In this document: piece after piece, positions 37,245-51,522 of the stretch | Position numbering within the stretch: the first letter of the stretch is position 1 | Layout: each line of letters opens with the position of its first letter | From: Girardia tigrina | Taxonomy: Eukaryota | NCBI GenBank assembly: GCA_001938485.1 | Contig: MQRK01241546.1 | Location: 1-58,558 of the forward strand | DNA length: 58,558 bases | Direction of reading: 5' to 3' | Made by a program: the position numbers and the translations under genes | The notes under the pieces: model-generated | Databases searched by the model: none | Told to the model about the DNA's origin: nothing | What the model saw: only the letters and a program-made list of their open reading frames with translations

Positions 37245-37721
37245 GTATGGCGTAAATAAAAGACAGAGAAAGTTACATTTTATTTAATATAAAATGCAAA
37301 AAACATAAAATAAGAAGCATGAAACATAATTACATGAAGATAAGAATAAATTATAAAAAGCACCAGAAATGGCGACAATATATAAACATATTCATAACAG
37401 TCTTCCCAACTCAGTTTAATATCTAACGTAATCAGTCAGATGTTGTGATTGCCGTAGCGAGTGTCCAGATCGTGACACCAAATCATTTTTGCCCACAACT
37501 AAAGATTCATCCATTGTCCTGTCCTGAATGAACGGGTAATTAATTTCAGCAGTTTGAGGAGTTCCTGATGCAGGTGGTGTCAGATCAGTTGATTTAGTTG
37601 TCTCGTTGTTTGTCGAAGCCAAATATTGAGGTGATACAGTGGTTTCACGACCATCTGGAAACTGAACGCGAGCGAAGTTGGTAGAAATCACTTCTTGAAG
37701 GATAACAGGTTCCAAAGACAA
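37245..37721 (-). mobile_element. Gypsy 3' end: integrase C-terminus, PPT and probable 3' LTR
   Basis: FARVQFPDGRETTVSPQYLA, then purine tract GGGAAGA followed by TGTTATG at 37399 on the minus strand. Confidence 0.65.
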
Positions 37722-39203
37722 GTTAACCTTAGTCCGTATGTGTTTTGGGATGTAGTATTAGAGTTTTCTCCTTGTCTTTGAGAAAGTCGGACAATGGGGT
37801 TGGGGCTTAATATTTCAAAAACTTGGTCGCAGCTCCGCCCAGGGTGGGCTTGGGGCATTTTTTTCAAATATATTTTTCTAAGATTCTTGAGAAAAATATA
37901 TTTGAAACAAAAAAATGGCCCCAGCCCTACACCAGATCCCAACAGAGACCGGATGGGGCCATATTTTAGGGGCAGGCATGCACCTCTGGTTTTTATCAAA
38001 TTTTTTCATTGAAATGTTTTTTATCGAAAATTTTTAAGATTATATTTTTTTGGGTCTATTTGAAAATCATTTTTTATAATTTGTTTCATTAAGAAAACCT
38101 GATGTAAAATAAAAAACTAATTGTTTTCTAATTTCCCGAACAATTTTTAGAAATTATTTTTTTTATTAAAATGTTATGTACTAAATAAAAACAATATGAA
38201 AAATATTATAAACATAATTAATTAGTTACCATATAATAAAAATTTTGAAAAATTTTTATTGTCGGATATTTTTTTCAAATTTTTATTGAAAATTATTAAA
38301 AATTTCTTTTTAAATTGATTTAAAACTTTCAAAACTATTTGAAAATTTTCAAAAGCTCTGAAAACATGTTAGTTAAATTATTTATTTTTTTTCATTTAAT
38401 AAAAATCAAATTAAAAAAATATTTTTACATAAATTTCGATCAAAAAAAATTATTAAAAATAATTTCGATGAAAATTAACAGGATAATAAAAAACTTTAAG
38501 AAAAATTATTTCATGAAAACATAATCTAAATAAAAAATTTCGATAAACAATTTTCGACCAAGAACATTTCGATACCAACCTATACAAAGACTTGTTACCA
38601 ATCTACCAATACAGTCATAGCAAGAAGCAACAAACCCTAAGTAACTGATATTAACTCATTAGTGTTATTTACTTCTTCAATCCTCATTCCTTTTTGTATG
38701 ATTCAAATATTCATCTTTTTTTTATCCTTCTGATAATTTGTTTTGATTAATATAATTCTTGTTTAATCAAACTGTTATTATTAATTTTTATTTATTAACT
38801 GAAAGGAAATTCGGAAATCATCTAGTTGATTCCCTAATTTTCTTTACATCCAACATGTTTTATCATCCACAATAAATTCGTTTAATGATGAATGCTTAAA
38901 ATTTCACCAGAAAAGTACTAATATTAATCAAAATATGCTCACATACCAACCAGTAACAGTTTTTTGGTAAGTAATGTGCAATGCACATTTTAAAACAAAA
39001 TTATGCGATATTAATTTGGTCTTGTTATGAGTAGTGTTTGTTTTTAAGAATTTGCAAAAAAAATTCAGTAGGTGGAGACACGAATTGGGGACTTGATAAA
39101 TTTTATAAGAATAAAGTACTTCAATGTAGATTTATTAAGAATCAAAACTTTGAATTAATAAATTCAATCGGTAAAAACGATTTAACAAAAAACAAAAATA
39201 ATA

Positions 39204-40465
39204 TTAAGTTGGTCGAAAAATAATGGCGGTTTTTGAGCTTTATACTTTGTTTATCTACTTTTATATGTATATAAGTTTAAATGCATTAGTGTTAGATATT
39301 ATTTGAAATCTTATGCCTAGCTGTATNNNNNNNNNNNNNNNNNNNNNNNNNNNNNNNNNNNNNNNNNNNNNNNNNNNNNNNNNNNNNNNNNNNNNNNNNN
39401 NNNNNNNNNNNNNNNNNNNNNNNNNNNNNNNNNNNNNNNNNNNNNNNNNNNNNNNNNNNNNNNNNNNNNNNNNNNNNNNNNNNNNNNNNNNNNNNNNNNN
39501 NNNNNNNNNNNNNNNNNNNNNNNNNNNCTGATGGAGATGAAAACCTTGAAGATGAAGAAGGTTGTGGTCGTCCAGTTGCTGTGAACAACGACAATTTGAG
39601 GACAATGGTGGAAACAGATCCCCGTACAACAATCAGAAAACTTGCACATGGGTTGGGCATTAGTCATTCAACAGTCCTGGATCATTTAAACTAACTTGGA
39701 AAAATCAAGACACTTGATAAATGGGTTCCACATGATTTGAATGAAAATTAAAAGAACCGACGCTATGAAATTTGTTTTGCCAATCATCTTCGCAATAAAA
39801 ACGATACATTTCTTGATCGTATTGTTACCTGTGATGAGAAATGGATCCTGTATGATAACCGACGTCGATCTGCACAGTGGTTGGACAAAGATGAAGNNNN
39901 NNNNNNNNNNNNNNNNNNNNNNNNNNNNNNNNNNNNNNNNNNNNNNNNNNNNNNNNNNNNNNNNNNNNNNNNNNNNNNNNNNNNNNNNNNNNNNNNNNNN
40001 NNNNNNGTACTGTCATGAAATTGATGAAATGCATAAAAAAATGAAAACCCTTTGTCCGGGATTGGTCAATCGAAAAAGTCCCATCCTTCTTCATGATAAC
40101 GCTAGACCTCATATTTCAAAAGTGAATGTTTAAAAGCTTAATGAGTTGGGCTATGAAACCCTGCTTCATCCACCATGTTCACCAGACCTCTCGCCAACGG
40201 ACTTCTACTTTTTCAGGCATTTGTACAACTTCCTACGTAAAAAAATTTTCAAAAACCAAAATGATGCTCAAAATGCCTTCCAAGAATTCGTCGCTTCGAT
40301 AACCGATGAATTTTATGCTGATGGAATAAAACAACTTGTTTCTCGTTGGCAAAAATGTATTGATGCCAACGGTTCATACTTTGATTAATAAACTTTTGTT
40401 TCTTTGAATTTGCACGTCTTTGAAGTTTTTGTCTCAAAACCGCCATTATTTTTCGACCAACCTAA
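39204..40465 (+). mobile_element. mariner transposon, full length, inactivated
   Basis: TA TSDs and ~30-bp TIR TTA(A/G)GTTGGTCGAAAAATAATGGCGG. Motifs WVPHDL, TCDEKW, HDNARPH and SPDLSPTD (DD34D); stops and N gaps. Confidence 0.95.
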
Positions 40466-40769
40466 TAGTTGTTGATCTGTGTACATTAGAAGCTAAAAGG
40501 TAGTTTATATATTTATATAGTTTTCCGACAAAGTAGCGCCAACAAACAGTGATGACAAATAACGCTAATTTATCAATTATTAAAATTTTGACTTTGTATA
40601 TTATATAATAAACTATAAAATATATTTGAAAATAAATATATAAATGAAAAATAAATCAACATATTTTATATTTTTTATAAGTACAATTATAAAATTTATA
40701 CTTTTACATAAAAAGCCCAATTAAATTAATTTACTAAATTTATTTTATCTAAAACTCAAATTGAAATCG

Positions 40770-41300
40770 ATACCATGTAGACATTCTTTCAGTCTGAACA
40801 CATTTTGCATTGCTTTCAGTTTTGCTTCGTTCTCCTGTATTGTATCATTGAATTCTGTTCTCAGTGTACTCTTATTCTCTGAGAAAATGATTGATCAGCT
40901 TGTAGACATTATGGTAGAGATCATCAACATCTATTTGAAATTGAATTGTTTGGTAGAGGTAGATTGTCCTATACTCGATTTCGAAAGTTCAACAATGTTA
41001 CTGGAAATATCAGACTTACTCTGCTGTTTCGTCGTCAGCGATAACTATAATTGTCCTTTCAGTAATCATACAAATTTTTAAAAACATATGGCCAAGTATT
41101 ATTCAGTTCTTCGAAGTCAGTATTTACATTTTGACTTGCCTTCTTAAAAAAAGTAACTGTAAATTTACATCAATTCCAAATAAAGACTTGCAATGTTTGT
41201 AATCTGCTCCCGAATCCCACAATAGAAAGTTATCATTGCGACTAGTAACATTTAATACAGGTGGTATCGTAAAATCCTGTAGAGAATGAATTTTTTAGTT
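40770..41300 (-). mobile_element. Possible MULE transposase remnant
   Basis: Minus strand DNFLLWDSG, similar to the MULE FLLxDSG motif; otherwise degraded. Confidence 0.3.
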
Positions 41301-41593
41301 ATATCGATATCAGAATTCATGACACAAGATTTTTAATAATAATAAAAGAAAATAATAACTTCTTTTCATAATTTAACAATCATATCGGCGTAATTATTTA
41401 AAAGAATTTTAATTTTTAAATGAAAATAACTAAACAATGGTCGGCGCTGTTTCCATTTATATAAACAAATAAGACTTGCAGTCTTTAAGTCAGTTTTGTT
41501 TTTTTCACCCCAAGAATGACAAAAATACGATTATTGTGCACATACATTAAATTCTGATTGCTTTTATTTTTAATAAATTTTATTTCTCATCAG

Positions 41594-41771
41594 AACTATG
41601 TCTAATTGGGCTTTGGAATTTGAGAAATGGGCTCCAAGTGTAATTAAAGTCCTTTATAAAGGTTCTCCAATCACTCGGAAAACAATTCAAAGTCAACTGA
41701 AAAATGGCAACTTTAATGTTTTATTAACAACGTATGAATATATAATCAAAGACAAATGCAGCCTGTCGAAA
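41594..41771 (+). CDS. SMARCA4: Brahma / SMARCA2-4 exon
   Basis: cag|(S)[36 protein letters not shown]|gtaatt; phase compatible on both sides. Confidence 0.93.
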
Positions 41772-42055
41772 GTAATTAATTGGCATTATTATGATTTATT
41801 AATTTTCAAATTTAAATATTATTTAATTATACTTTCATGATAATAATAGAAAACTAACATTTTTTTAATATAATATTTTCTGAATGTGAGAAAAAATTTC
41901 TGTCAGTTATGCCATGTAATTTCCATAATGCTTTTATTAAATTAGACTATATTTTTAATTACTTTATCATTCATTCTATTCCGTCCTAAAACGAATTAAA
42001 AATTTTTCAAAATTAATAAAGATGGATTCTTATTATTAATTCATATTAATTAGAA

Positions 42056-43890
42056 CAGGCATGTCAAACTCATACAACCCGAGGGCCACATGAGTAACAA
42101 AAGTTTGTTGCGAGGGCCGCTCATATCAGCTAATTTCACAGTTTTATTTTGGACTGCAGTCATGAAAACAAAACTAGGAAGTAGTTTGCAAAAAATGAAA
42201 GTCTAAACAATAAACACTGTAATTGTAAAATGTGTAAAGTAACAGTAACATATATTTGCACTAGGACACAGCAAATTATACATTTAACAAAAATGCAGCA
42301 ATTCAAAATTAAAATTTATTTAATATACAATTTTACTCAATTATCTTTGTCTTTTGTCCTGAGACTTGAAATTTCTTTGCGGTAAAAATTATTGGTATAT
42401 CAGGCTGAAAAGAAAACGTAGTTCCTACTTTGATCAAAGATGATAAGTGGTGATCAGTCTGCCTTGTTCACAGAGAAGATGTTGTTTGTTTCATAAAAGA
42501 AAATAACTGTTCAAAATTTTATGCTGAGTCTAACATTGCCATAATCTTTGTGGAAAACTTTCTGAAGTTGTTAAAATTTTCAAGAAGGTAAGAAAAAAAA
42601 CAGGCATCCCCACTTCAAGATACTTTGCTCTGAGTGAAGAATCAGATTGTATTTCTAAAAGTTCCATTCGTAGATTTTCTTCCACCTTTGCAACATCAAA
42701 TGTGAATGGTGATGACAATAGTGATGATGTTCATAGGATGAGAAATCACCAAATCTTTCCTGGAATGCCTTTGACAATAGTTTCAGATGATTGTCATACT
42801 TAGAAAAGATAAATATAGACTCTGTATTAACTGTATTATTCAACTCTTTGCGTGTAGGAAAATGAACTAAAGTTTCATTAGACAACTATGAATTCCATAA
42901 GCTTAGTTTTGCAATGAAGCACTTGATATCATCATACAAATGAATGATTCGTTTGTTTTACCCTGTCATTTCAGATCTTGGAACACACCTTAACCTCTTA
43001 TTTCATCCGTTTTGACCTTTTATCTCCAAAAACATAGCTATTTTTTGTCTGAAATTGTAGAACCTTGTCAAAACTTTGTAACATGACAACCAGCAAATTT
43101 CTGTGTAGAGTGGAGCATCTGTAAACTGATTATCAATATCTTCCAACAGCTGACTGAACTGACGGTGGTTGAGATCACTACCTCTTATAATGTTTATCGT
43201 TTTTGTCACCAAGCTTAGCACAGGATTCAATTTTAAAATTTTTGAATTCAAATTTTGCTGATGATTTATACATTGAAAGTGTACAAACGATGAATGTGTA
43301 TGTGAGTTTTATATTTTGTTTCGTCATTCGGCGGAAGCACCATTTTTTCTGCCAACCATATTTTCAGCACCATCATTAAATAAACATACAAGCTTACACA
43401 AATCAAAACCATATTCACACAGAACCTGATCGACTTTCTCCAAAATGTTTTTGCTTGTCGTAGTGTCATACATGGGTAAAAATTAAAGCAGTTCTTCATA
43501 AATTTTAAATTCACTTAGACAGGTCCTGAGGAGGATTGCAAGTTGTGATATTCCACTGATGTCAATGGACTCATCAATAGCAACAGAAAAAAAGTTCAAG
43601 TCTTGATGATGTAGCTTTCAACTGTTTCATATCAACTGATATTTTCTCAATCCAATCAGCAACAGTGTTCCTAGTTAGTGAAATGTTATTAAACAAATGT
43701 ACTTTCTCTGGGCAGACAATTTCAGCTGTTTTTACCAGACATTGCTTTATAAAATCCATTTCACTATAAGACTTACCCTTCACGGTGATAATTTTGTTGA
43801 GATCATAGATTGCAGTAATGGAAGCCACAGAACTTTTCTAAATTTTCTTTTTCTCAATGCTGGAATCGCATTAGCAATTTTATATTCTTA
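42056..43890 (-). mobile_element. hAT (SPIN/GTF2IRD2-like Buster) transposon, one end present, decayed transposase
   Basis: TIR CAGGCATGTCAAACTC..GAGGGCC. Motifs FIKQCLVKTAEIVCPEK..ISLTRNTV, LNHRQF..YTEICWLS and SPFTFDV..LRMELLEIQSD. Confidence 0.88.
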
Positions 43891-44399
43891 GAGTTATTTT
43901 TATTTTTTGAATAAATTTATTTGTTTACAAACTTTACAACACTTAATAAACTGGTCATGTAATTGGCCAGTTCATCATCGAAACATAGAGTCTCGATGAT
44001 GAACATACAGATTGTAGGCAGTTGTGTATGCTTTAGAATCGGAAACCTTTATACGGGTCACATGTCTGACATACCTGAAACTTGATTTTGAAAGCATTTA
44101 TTGTTATTAAGATTAGAATCTAACAACTTAATTTACAATAATTCTCAATAATAAATTCAATAGTTGATCTCGATATTTATTACTTTTTATATCTTGTTAT
44201 TTCTTTTAATTCAAATAAATCTATTATCTTAAATCAATATCTTGAAAGTCCGGGAAAGTCTTTTTGGATGTTTATTGTAACGCTAAATAATAGATAGTAA
44301 CACGTTCGTACTATTTATATTTAAAAATTTCTCATCTTAATTTTTTACTTATTTTAAATTCGTTCCAATAGTGAATTTAAACAAAAGAACTAAATCAAT

Positions 44400-44730
44400 T
44401 TATTACACACCCTACCATCAAGGCACACAGACATGTTGTCCGAGTAAGGTGGAATTTTGTCCTCATTGCGAAGTTGAGAACTTTCTTATACAAAATCATT
44501 GAGTCAAATTGGTTGAAGGGACCCTCACATTCGATTAACCACCTTTTTTCTTCAATTCGTTAAACTAGGCTTTTGACTTCGTCCGCGGGGTACTTGACTG
44601 ATGCATACCTCCAGTGCCATGTCACCGACCAGTAGTGCCCATCGAAATTTCGCCTGATTATTCTCGTACTTGCTTTCCATGGCTCTGGACGTTCTTGCAT
44701 ATTTTATCTTATAAAAGCCCAAGTCACTCA

Positions 44731-44765
<35 letters not shown>

Positions 44766-44805
44766 ACTAACGCTCATATTATCTACTTACAATTGTAAGT
44801 AGATA
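44400..44805. mobile_element. Probable non-autonomous rolling-circle (HINE-like) element with (CTGC)8 and terminal palindrome
   Basis: GC-richer block, (CTGC)n at 44731-44764, and perfect 26-bp palindrome TATCTACTTACAATTGTAAGTAGATA at 44780-44805. Confidence 0.5.
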
Positions 44806-44989
44806 TTTATATTAATAATNNNNNNNNNNNNNNNNNNNNNNNNNNNNNNNNNNNNNNNNNNNNNNNNNNNNNNNNNNNNNNNNNNNNNNNNNNNNNNNNN
44901 TACTTGATATATGAAAATTTGATATATGAAAACAAATTATAAAAAGTGATATAATTGTGTCTTCTTTGTTTTAATGCATCTGTTCCACA

Positions 44990-47880
44990 TCCAAAATTAC
45001 TCAAATTAAAATTAAAAAAGGAAATTTCTTTTCTCAATTTTACCCGTCATACATGACGGGTTATTTACTAGTTCTTTAATAAATCGTCTGTAGTAGTTAC
45101 ATATTTCTAGAAAACGTCGAACAATCTTAATGCATTTAGGTTTGGTGAACGTTCTGATGGTGTCTATTTTGCTGGGATCTGTCTGTATTATATCTTTTTT
45201 AATTATATTTACTAGAAATTTGACTTCTTTTTTATGAAATTTGCACTTCTCTGGGTTCAACCGGAGTCCAGTGTCGTTCATTCTCTTGATAACTTCTTCT
45301 AAAACTGTATAGTGTTTATCTAACGTCTCGGTGGCCTATAAGTTGTCATCCAAATATACAGATGCCCCAGTCTTTATGTTTGCAAGTTCTTTCGTCAGAA
45401 CTTCTTGAAAGTACCAAGTACCGCCGCTATCCCGAATGGCATTCTTGTGAAATTTAATTGAAACGATTTTGTCAAAACACTGTTTTTTCTTGTTACTCCG
45501 GGTCCAGTTCAATCTGATAGAATGCGTTACCCAAATCTATCGTACTGAAATACTTTGTCCCGTGTAAAGTATCCATCATCCCTTCCGCATTAAACATGGG
45601 ATACGCTTATCTTTCTTTAATTTCATTTAGCTGTGGGAAGTCTGAACATAATGTCACGTCTCTACTCGCTTTCGTCCACACGCATACTAATGGTGTATTT
45701 CTAGGAGAGTTACACTTCCCAATGATTCCATTGTTGAACAGGTTCTTGATTTTTTCTTCTGTTTTACCTTCCAAATGCATCTGCTGTCTCCGAGGTTTCA
45801 TATTTTTCGGGTCCACTTTTGGTAACATTCTTAGGAGTTATCTGTTTTGTACACCCTATATCCCATTTGTTCGCCATGGAGACACCCCAATTATATCCAG
45901 CAATTGAGAAATCTTCTCCAGGTCTATAGTAATCCGTTTCTTTTCCACTCTGTCGCCATTCGTTATTCTTTGTCCAATTTTGGCCTCAATGTCACAATTA
46001 AATTCCTCTGGTTTGTCTAGTGCTATCTCAATCCATTGTAATTCAAGACCTAGTTGCCTCTGCGCATCCATTCCAGCGATCACTGCCGGGTTAATATTCT
46101 TTACCTTCACAAATATGATTTTCACTTCTCGTTTCCGATCGACTTTTCTAGTTCCACTTTCCAAAACACTTTTAGTTTACTTTCGTTTGCACATCTTAAC
46201 TTGTCAGTTGATAGTTTTATCTTTGCATCCGGTATGCGGTTTTGCTGTTTCTGCGTCCTTGACATTGACTCTCGCGCCGGTATCCAATAAACAATCCACA
46301 TGTGTGCCGTGAACGTTCACATTTATGCTCGGTCTCCCTATTATTTTGTCGTACGATATGATCTCCGTGGTTCTAGTTCCTAGTGTTTTATTTTTTGTCA
46401 TATTCCTGATTTTGCAGATTCCGTTTGCTCTCTTTTTTTTAAAAAACTTAACAATTTTAATTTCTTCCTGGTTTGTTTCTTTCCTCTGTAAATCCTTATC
46501 GTTTCGGTCTATCTTCGGTTCTATATGTCGTTTCTAATATCCAAGTTGTTATTAATATAATTACGTTACTCATTATTATCTTTAATGCAATTATATACAA
46601 AATTACATTTTTATACTTGCCAATTGCACTATCAGCTACATGATTATTATAAATAGAAAATATAATACTAATACATGAACGTTTAGAAATAGAATTACTT
46701 AATGCCTGGCTCCGATTGACTCCTTTCTGGCCATGACCATTTGCACTATGGGTTTCGCGATCGTCGTTTTGAGCTTCTTTCATCTCGATTAGGGCAAAAT
46801 CTTTTCCTTTTCTAAGTCCTTTCTCGTAATCAGATTCCAGATATCGTCTGCCACTGCTGTACATTTCTTCGTTCTGTCTGTGATGATTCCGATCATTTGT
46901 AAAATTCTTTCTCTGATCTCTGTTCTCATACATCGGACGGGTGTTCAACTTTGACTCTCTGGGCCATGGTGTTTCGTGCCTTGTCAGGTTTATGTAGCAG
47001 TCCTCCGCTTTGTGTTCATTCCTGCGACACCTTGAGCATTTAATTAAACAATTTTATCTGACATGATCGGCCCTTTCGCATACGCAGCAAATTTGAGTCT
47101 TCCGTGTAGGAAAATCTTTGACAAGGTAGATGGTTGAATTGCAAGTCCAGCATTGTCTTGTTTCTCTCGGACTTTGCCGAGTTATGTAACCGGTTTCGAG
47201 CGGTTCCCATTATTCGGTGGGTTTTCTGAACTACATTGATGTATGACCGTCTCTGGTATACGGTCGGTATTCTTCCATGTATCCCGTTTTCATTGTCATA
47301 TCTTCATCCATTGCATTGATTTTTTCGTATTTCCTTAGGATCGTATCCATTTTTTCATAGTTTCTTTGATATCAACCAATTTTTTTTATCGGACATTTCA
47401 ACTTCTTTTATAATTTCTTTATCTTCCAGGTAATGTAGTAGGATTTCTCTTCCAAGCTCTTCTTCATGTCATTTGTATGATGCCAGTTTTGCCGCATTTT
47501 TTTTGATATTCTTGATATAATCTTCTAGCGATTCAGATCCCCTTCGACAATTTAATATTTCCTCTATATTCTCAAATCTCGAAGTTTTCTTTGCGAACGC
47601 TTTACGTAATTTTTCATCATTACTTTTAATATTGATGTCGACTTCTTCGTATATTTTAATTGATTTGTTGTCCAGTAGCATCTTCACAGGGATAGATTTC
47701 ATACTCTCTCTGGTGTTCGTCCGCTCGAAGAATCGCCTGCATTTTGTGATAAATAATTCCACATCTTCGTCTTTCGTATACCGCTGTGGAATTGCTCTGA
47801 CCAGGAGTATCTGCTAGGTTGTGATCACTATGTTAGGAACGGCATTGCTCATGTAAATATTCCCTGACTCTTCCAGCATT
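44990..47880 (-). mobile_element. Gypsy gag-protease-RT remnant in Brahma intron 2
   Basis: Gag with Cys/His knuckles (~47010-47160), protease CLLDTGARVN, and RT motifs RMPFG, VYLDD, GLRLNPEKCKF and CNYYRRFIK. Many stops; no LTR pair recognised. Confidence 0.88.
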
Positions 47881-48879
47881 TAAATTTAGAAAATAATATG
47901 ACTAAATGGAAATAATTTTTTAATTAAACGTTTTGAATTTTCACACAATTTCTGATTATTTAAATAACTGTTTTTTAGTAGTTATATATATATAATAAGA
48001 GTAATAATTTATTTAAATGTTGATCATTAAAATATCTTATAAATTATATACTTATAAATCTTACAATACTCACAAAGGTTTGAAATAATAAATGATTCAA
48101 AGCATCATTTGTATTTAATAATTTATGTCTAAATATATTTGTTTATTAATAAATAATAGAATATTAGATGATTTAATGGGTCATTAAATCCTCATTGTAA
48201 TTCACTAAACAATCAACATAAAAATAAAAACAATACATGATCTGCCTATTCCAAAAGTCAGAAAAAATAACTTTTTGAGAAAGAGGAAAAGTGGAAAATT
48301 ATCTCTAATATTACACATGATTAACAAACGGATATCATTTTTTTGTGTCATTGTTACGAAACAATAAATTGTAGATGATAATCGTATCCTTCAGGTGTAT
48401 ATAAAATAAAAGAGAACTATTTATCCACTTCCTTGCTATCGATCTTTTTATAAATATGAGCAAAATTTTACGCTACTGAAAAAGTATATTAAAAAATAAT
48501 AATTTTATTATACAAATAAAATATAGATAAAATATAAGAATTGTAATGCAATTATTTTTCAAGAAAGTCAGTGTTTTTAAAATAAAAAAAGCATGTCAAA
48601 AGGTCAACTGGATTCAAGTCAGCTTTACAAATAATTATTCTAAAAATTACACTGAAAAATTATTATAAAATCAAAGTACTACAAAATATATACTATAATA
48701 ATGAAAAGTAAAAAGCTTTATTATGACTAAATTCGATCAAAGTAAAGTAAAATTACTAGTGAACCTTATATTTCATGTTCCCTTCTCAGAAACAGTTTTG
48801 AAAGTAAAAATAATAAAAAATATATATTTCAGATTATTGATAAAACGAAATCCGGATGATAATTTTCTTTTAAAAACAA

Positions 48880-49770
48880 CACTCATCCGTTTAAAATATA
48901 TTTATAGACAATATATTTCGACGGATCTACCGTCATCTTCAGGTCACTAATTAATAATCAATTCACCTGTATATAAATACAAAAATGATGATTATGTAAT
49001 CGATTGCATGAAATCATGTTAATCAAAAATTCTCAATAAGCTGGTTGAAACTGCCGATTGAACATTGATTTTAGGGCAACTTGACTTAATTAACAATGCT
49101 TCACACGACACTCTCCCAATAACTGTCAAAATGCTTACACAGAATTTTGAAATTATCAAAATTAACATCACATTTACATTTTTTCCTATGTTCTGCAATA
49201 TTACTATTACTCTCTTTACGACCATGTTCTTGAATTCGTTTACAGAGATAACGGACAGTCTCTCCAATGTATTTGGCATCGCACCATTACATTTATATTC
49301 ATAAACAATATCAGAACAAAGTGTTAAAGGTGTAATAGATTTATTACTGAACATATTTTGAATTTTATTAGATTGTGATATAATTTTTAAATTTAATTCA
49401 TTGTTAGTTGCTTTTAACAATGCATTTTTAAAGTTTTTAAATCCTTCAGAATAAGGTACATTTAAACAATATTTAGGTATATTATTAATATCTAATCATC
49501 CTTCGATTTCTTTCTTAGATCCATCAGGAGAAGCCAAACTCTGATTTTTCGAAAAATCTTTCAATCGTATTTTATCTACTACTTCCTTTATTAATTTTTC
49601 TAGAAAAGATTTAGAATAACCATTCTGATTTAACAAAGAACTTAGTTTATTAACACTTTCTACAGATTTAACAAAAGTGGAAGACAACGACCAGGAGCCA
49701 TAAATTAAACCTTTAATCATGTTTCTTTTATACTTAAGTTCACAAAATACTTATTCATAATTATACTTAA
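48880..49770 (-). mobile_element. Penelope-like element 3' part (RT thumb, GIY-YIG, pLTR)
   Basis: MIKGLIYGSWSLSSTF..NGYSK and SDIVYEYKCN/AKYIGET, with a hammerhead downstream. Confidence 0.85.
48907..48945 (-). ncRNA. Minimal type-I hammerhead ribozyme
   Basis: Minus strand GAC CUGAAGA U GACGG UAGAU CCGUC GAAAU AU AUU GUC; stem I GAC/GUC. Confidence 0.8.
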
Positions 49771-51522
49771 GTGTCAGTTATTCCTGAAAATTTCCACATC
49801 AGAAAAAATAGCCTCACTATGTTGTATGCCATATACCCTTACAAAAGGATAAAATATTATACAAATATTTAGTAATTGTTAAGTATTAATAATGTCTGGC
49901 CGTTTTTGCTCGTATAATTGGGATGCAAGCCCATTATGAATGGGTTTAATTGTCGCTTATGAATTAAAATAATTGTTCCACTTGGGATTGTTTAGTTACC
50001 CAAACAGATATAACAAATTTTGCAACCGAACTTGTTACCTATATATCTTTAATTACAGTAATTTATTTATTTATTTTTATTTATTTATTTTTGATAGCAT
50101 TATGAATCTTAATTTTTATTATAACATATTAATTAAAAGTAACATTTTAATTAAAATGTCGATTGATCGAAGAAAAAATTATTTTTCATAAAAACATAAT
50201 ATATAATATCATTTACTTTTAAAATAAAAAATTGGAAATTATTTTGTCTTTTTATAGAAAAGGAATTCGTAAAGAAAAAACTGAGTGGCTTACTACGAAT
50301 TAAGCATTTGGCCAATTAACTCAGTTTTGTACAATATTTCATCTATGAATATTTTTTGGATATAAAAAAAGAAAATTATTTTAAGAAATTAAAGAAGTAT
50401 TCAATGAATATTTATTTCTTTATGAATTTTGTATTAAATATGCTATTGAAAAGCTTTTCTTGAAATTTATAGTCTCAACAAAATATGTATTTTGCGAGAC
50501 TTATTCTTAATTTTTTAAATATTTTCTAATTTTTCAAAAGGTGTGTGAGAAATATTTTGAATGTTGTTTATTGTATGTTGTTTAGTATGTTGTTTAGGAT
50601 TGTGTTTCTCAGACTCAGGTCTTGCCTTTTTATAGAAAAGAAATTCGTAAAGAAAAAAACTGAGGGGCTTACTTCGAATTTTAATTTACTACGATCGATA
50701 TTTTAAATATTTTAAAACATCGAATTAATTATTCAATTTTAAAATTTAAATATCTAACTTTATAATTAAATTAATATATCATAAATAATATATATAAAAT
50801 ATTTTTTGAAATAATTAAAATTATTTTTGTAATTTTGTATTATAAATTATTTTGAAATCAAATTGTAAATAAATTGTAATTTAAATTTGTTTAAATAATA
50901 ATGCGTTTAGAAATAGAATTAAATTTATCAATTAAGAACGATGACTAGTTACGAAAGTTTTATGGATAATTGTCCTAGTGGCAATTCAAGTTGTGATACA
51001 AATAAATTTAATAAAAATCCAATTAGTGTTCTTAATAAGGTGCATACAGAAAAATGACAAATTATTCAAATAATCAAAAACCATTTCAATCTAAAACATT
51101 TAATAGTATAAAAGTTTTCTTTTTTCGCCATATATTTTGGTGGATTTATTATCATCTTCATACAAAATTTTCAACAATTGTAATACCATATGTATATAAA
51201 TGGCGATTATGCAATGTCAGAGCTAATTAAATACTTTCAACAGAAGAAAGGCTTATTTGAACATTAATTGATGGAATAAGTGATTTGAACAATAATGCCC
51301 GACAGGAGACCCTCTCCTTATAATTTTTAAAATTACTGTACATTAATCACTGTTTTTAAATTTGAAATTAATAATTTTTTCAGATCCAAATGGTATTTTT
51401 TATTATTTTCTAGTTTTTTTTTTCATTTTTATGAAATCAAAATATTAATTTTAGTTTTTAAATTTTATATTTTTAACTTTTCTAATTTTATTCATAAATA
51501 ATATTGTTTAAATGTATCTCAG

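Noticed and set aside
37688-38012. Overlapping ORFs on both strands
   Set aside because: Palindromic GGGGC/GCCCC MITE-like sequence; the translations are low-complexity.
51290-51325. RQGDPLS-like LINE RT motif (also 37160-37182 on the minus strand)
   Set aside because: Too short and degraded to support a feature.
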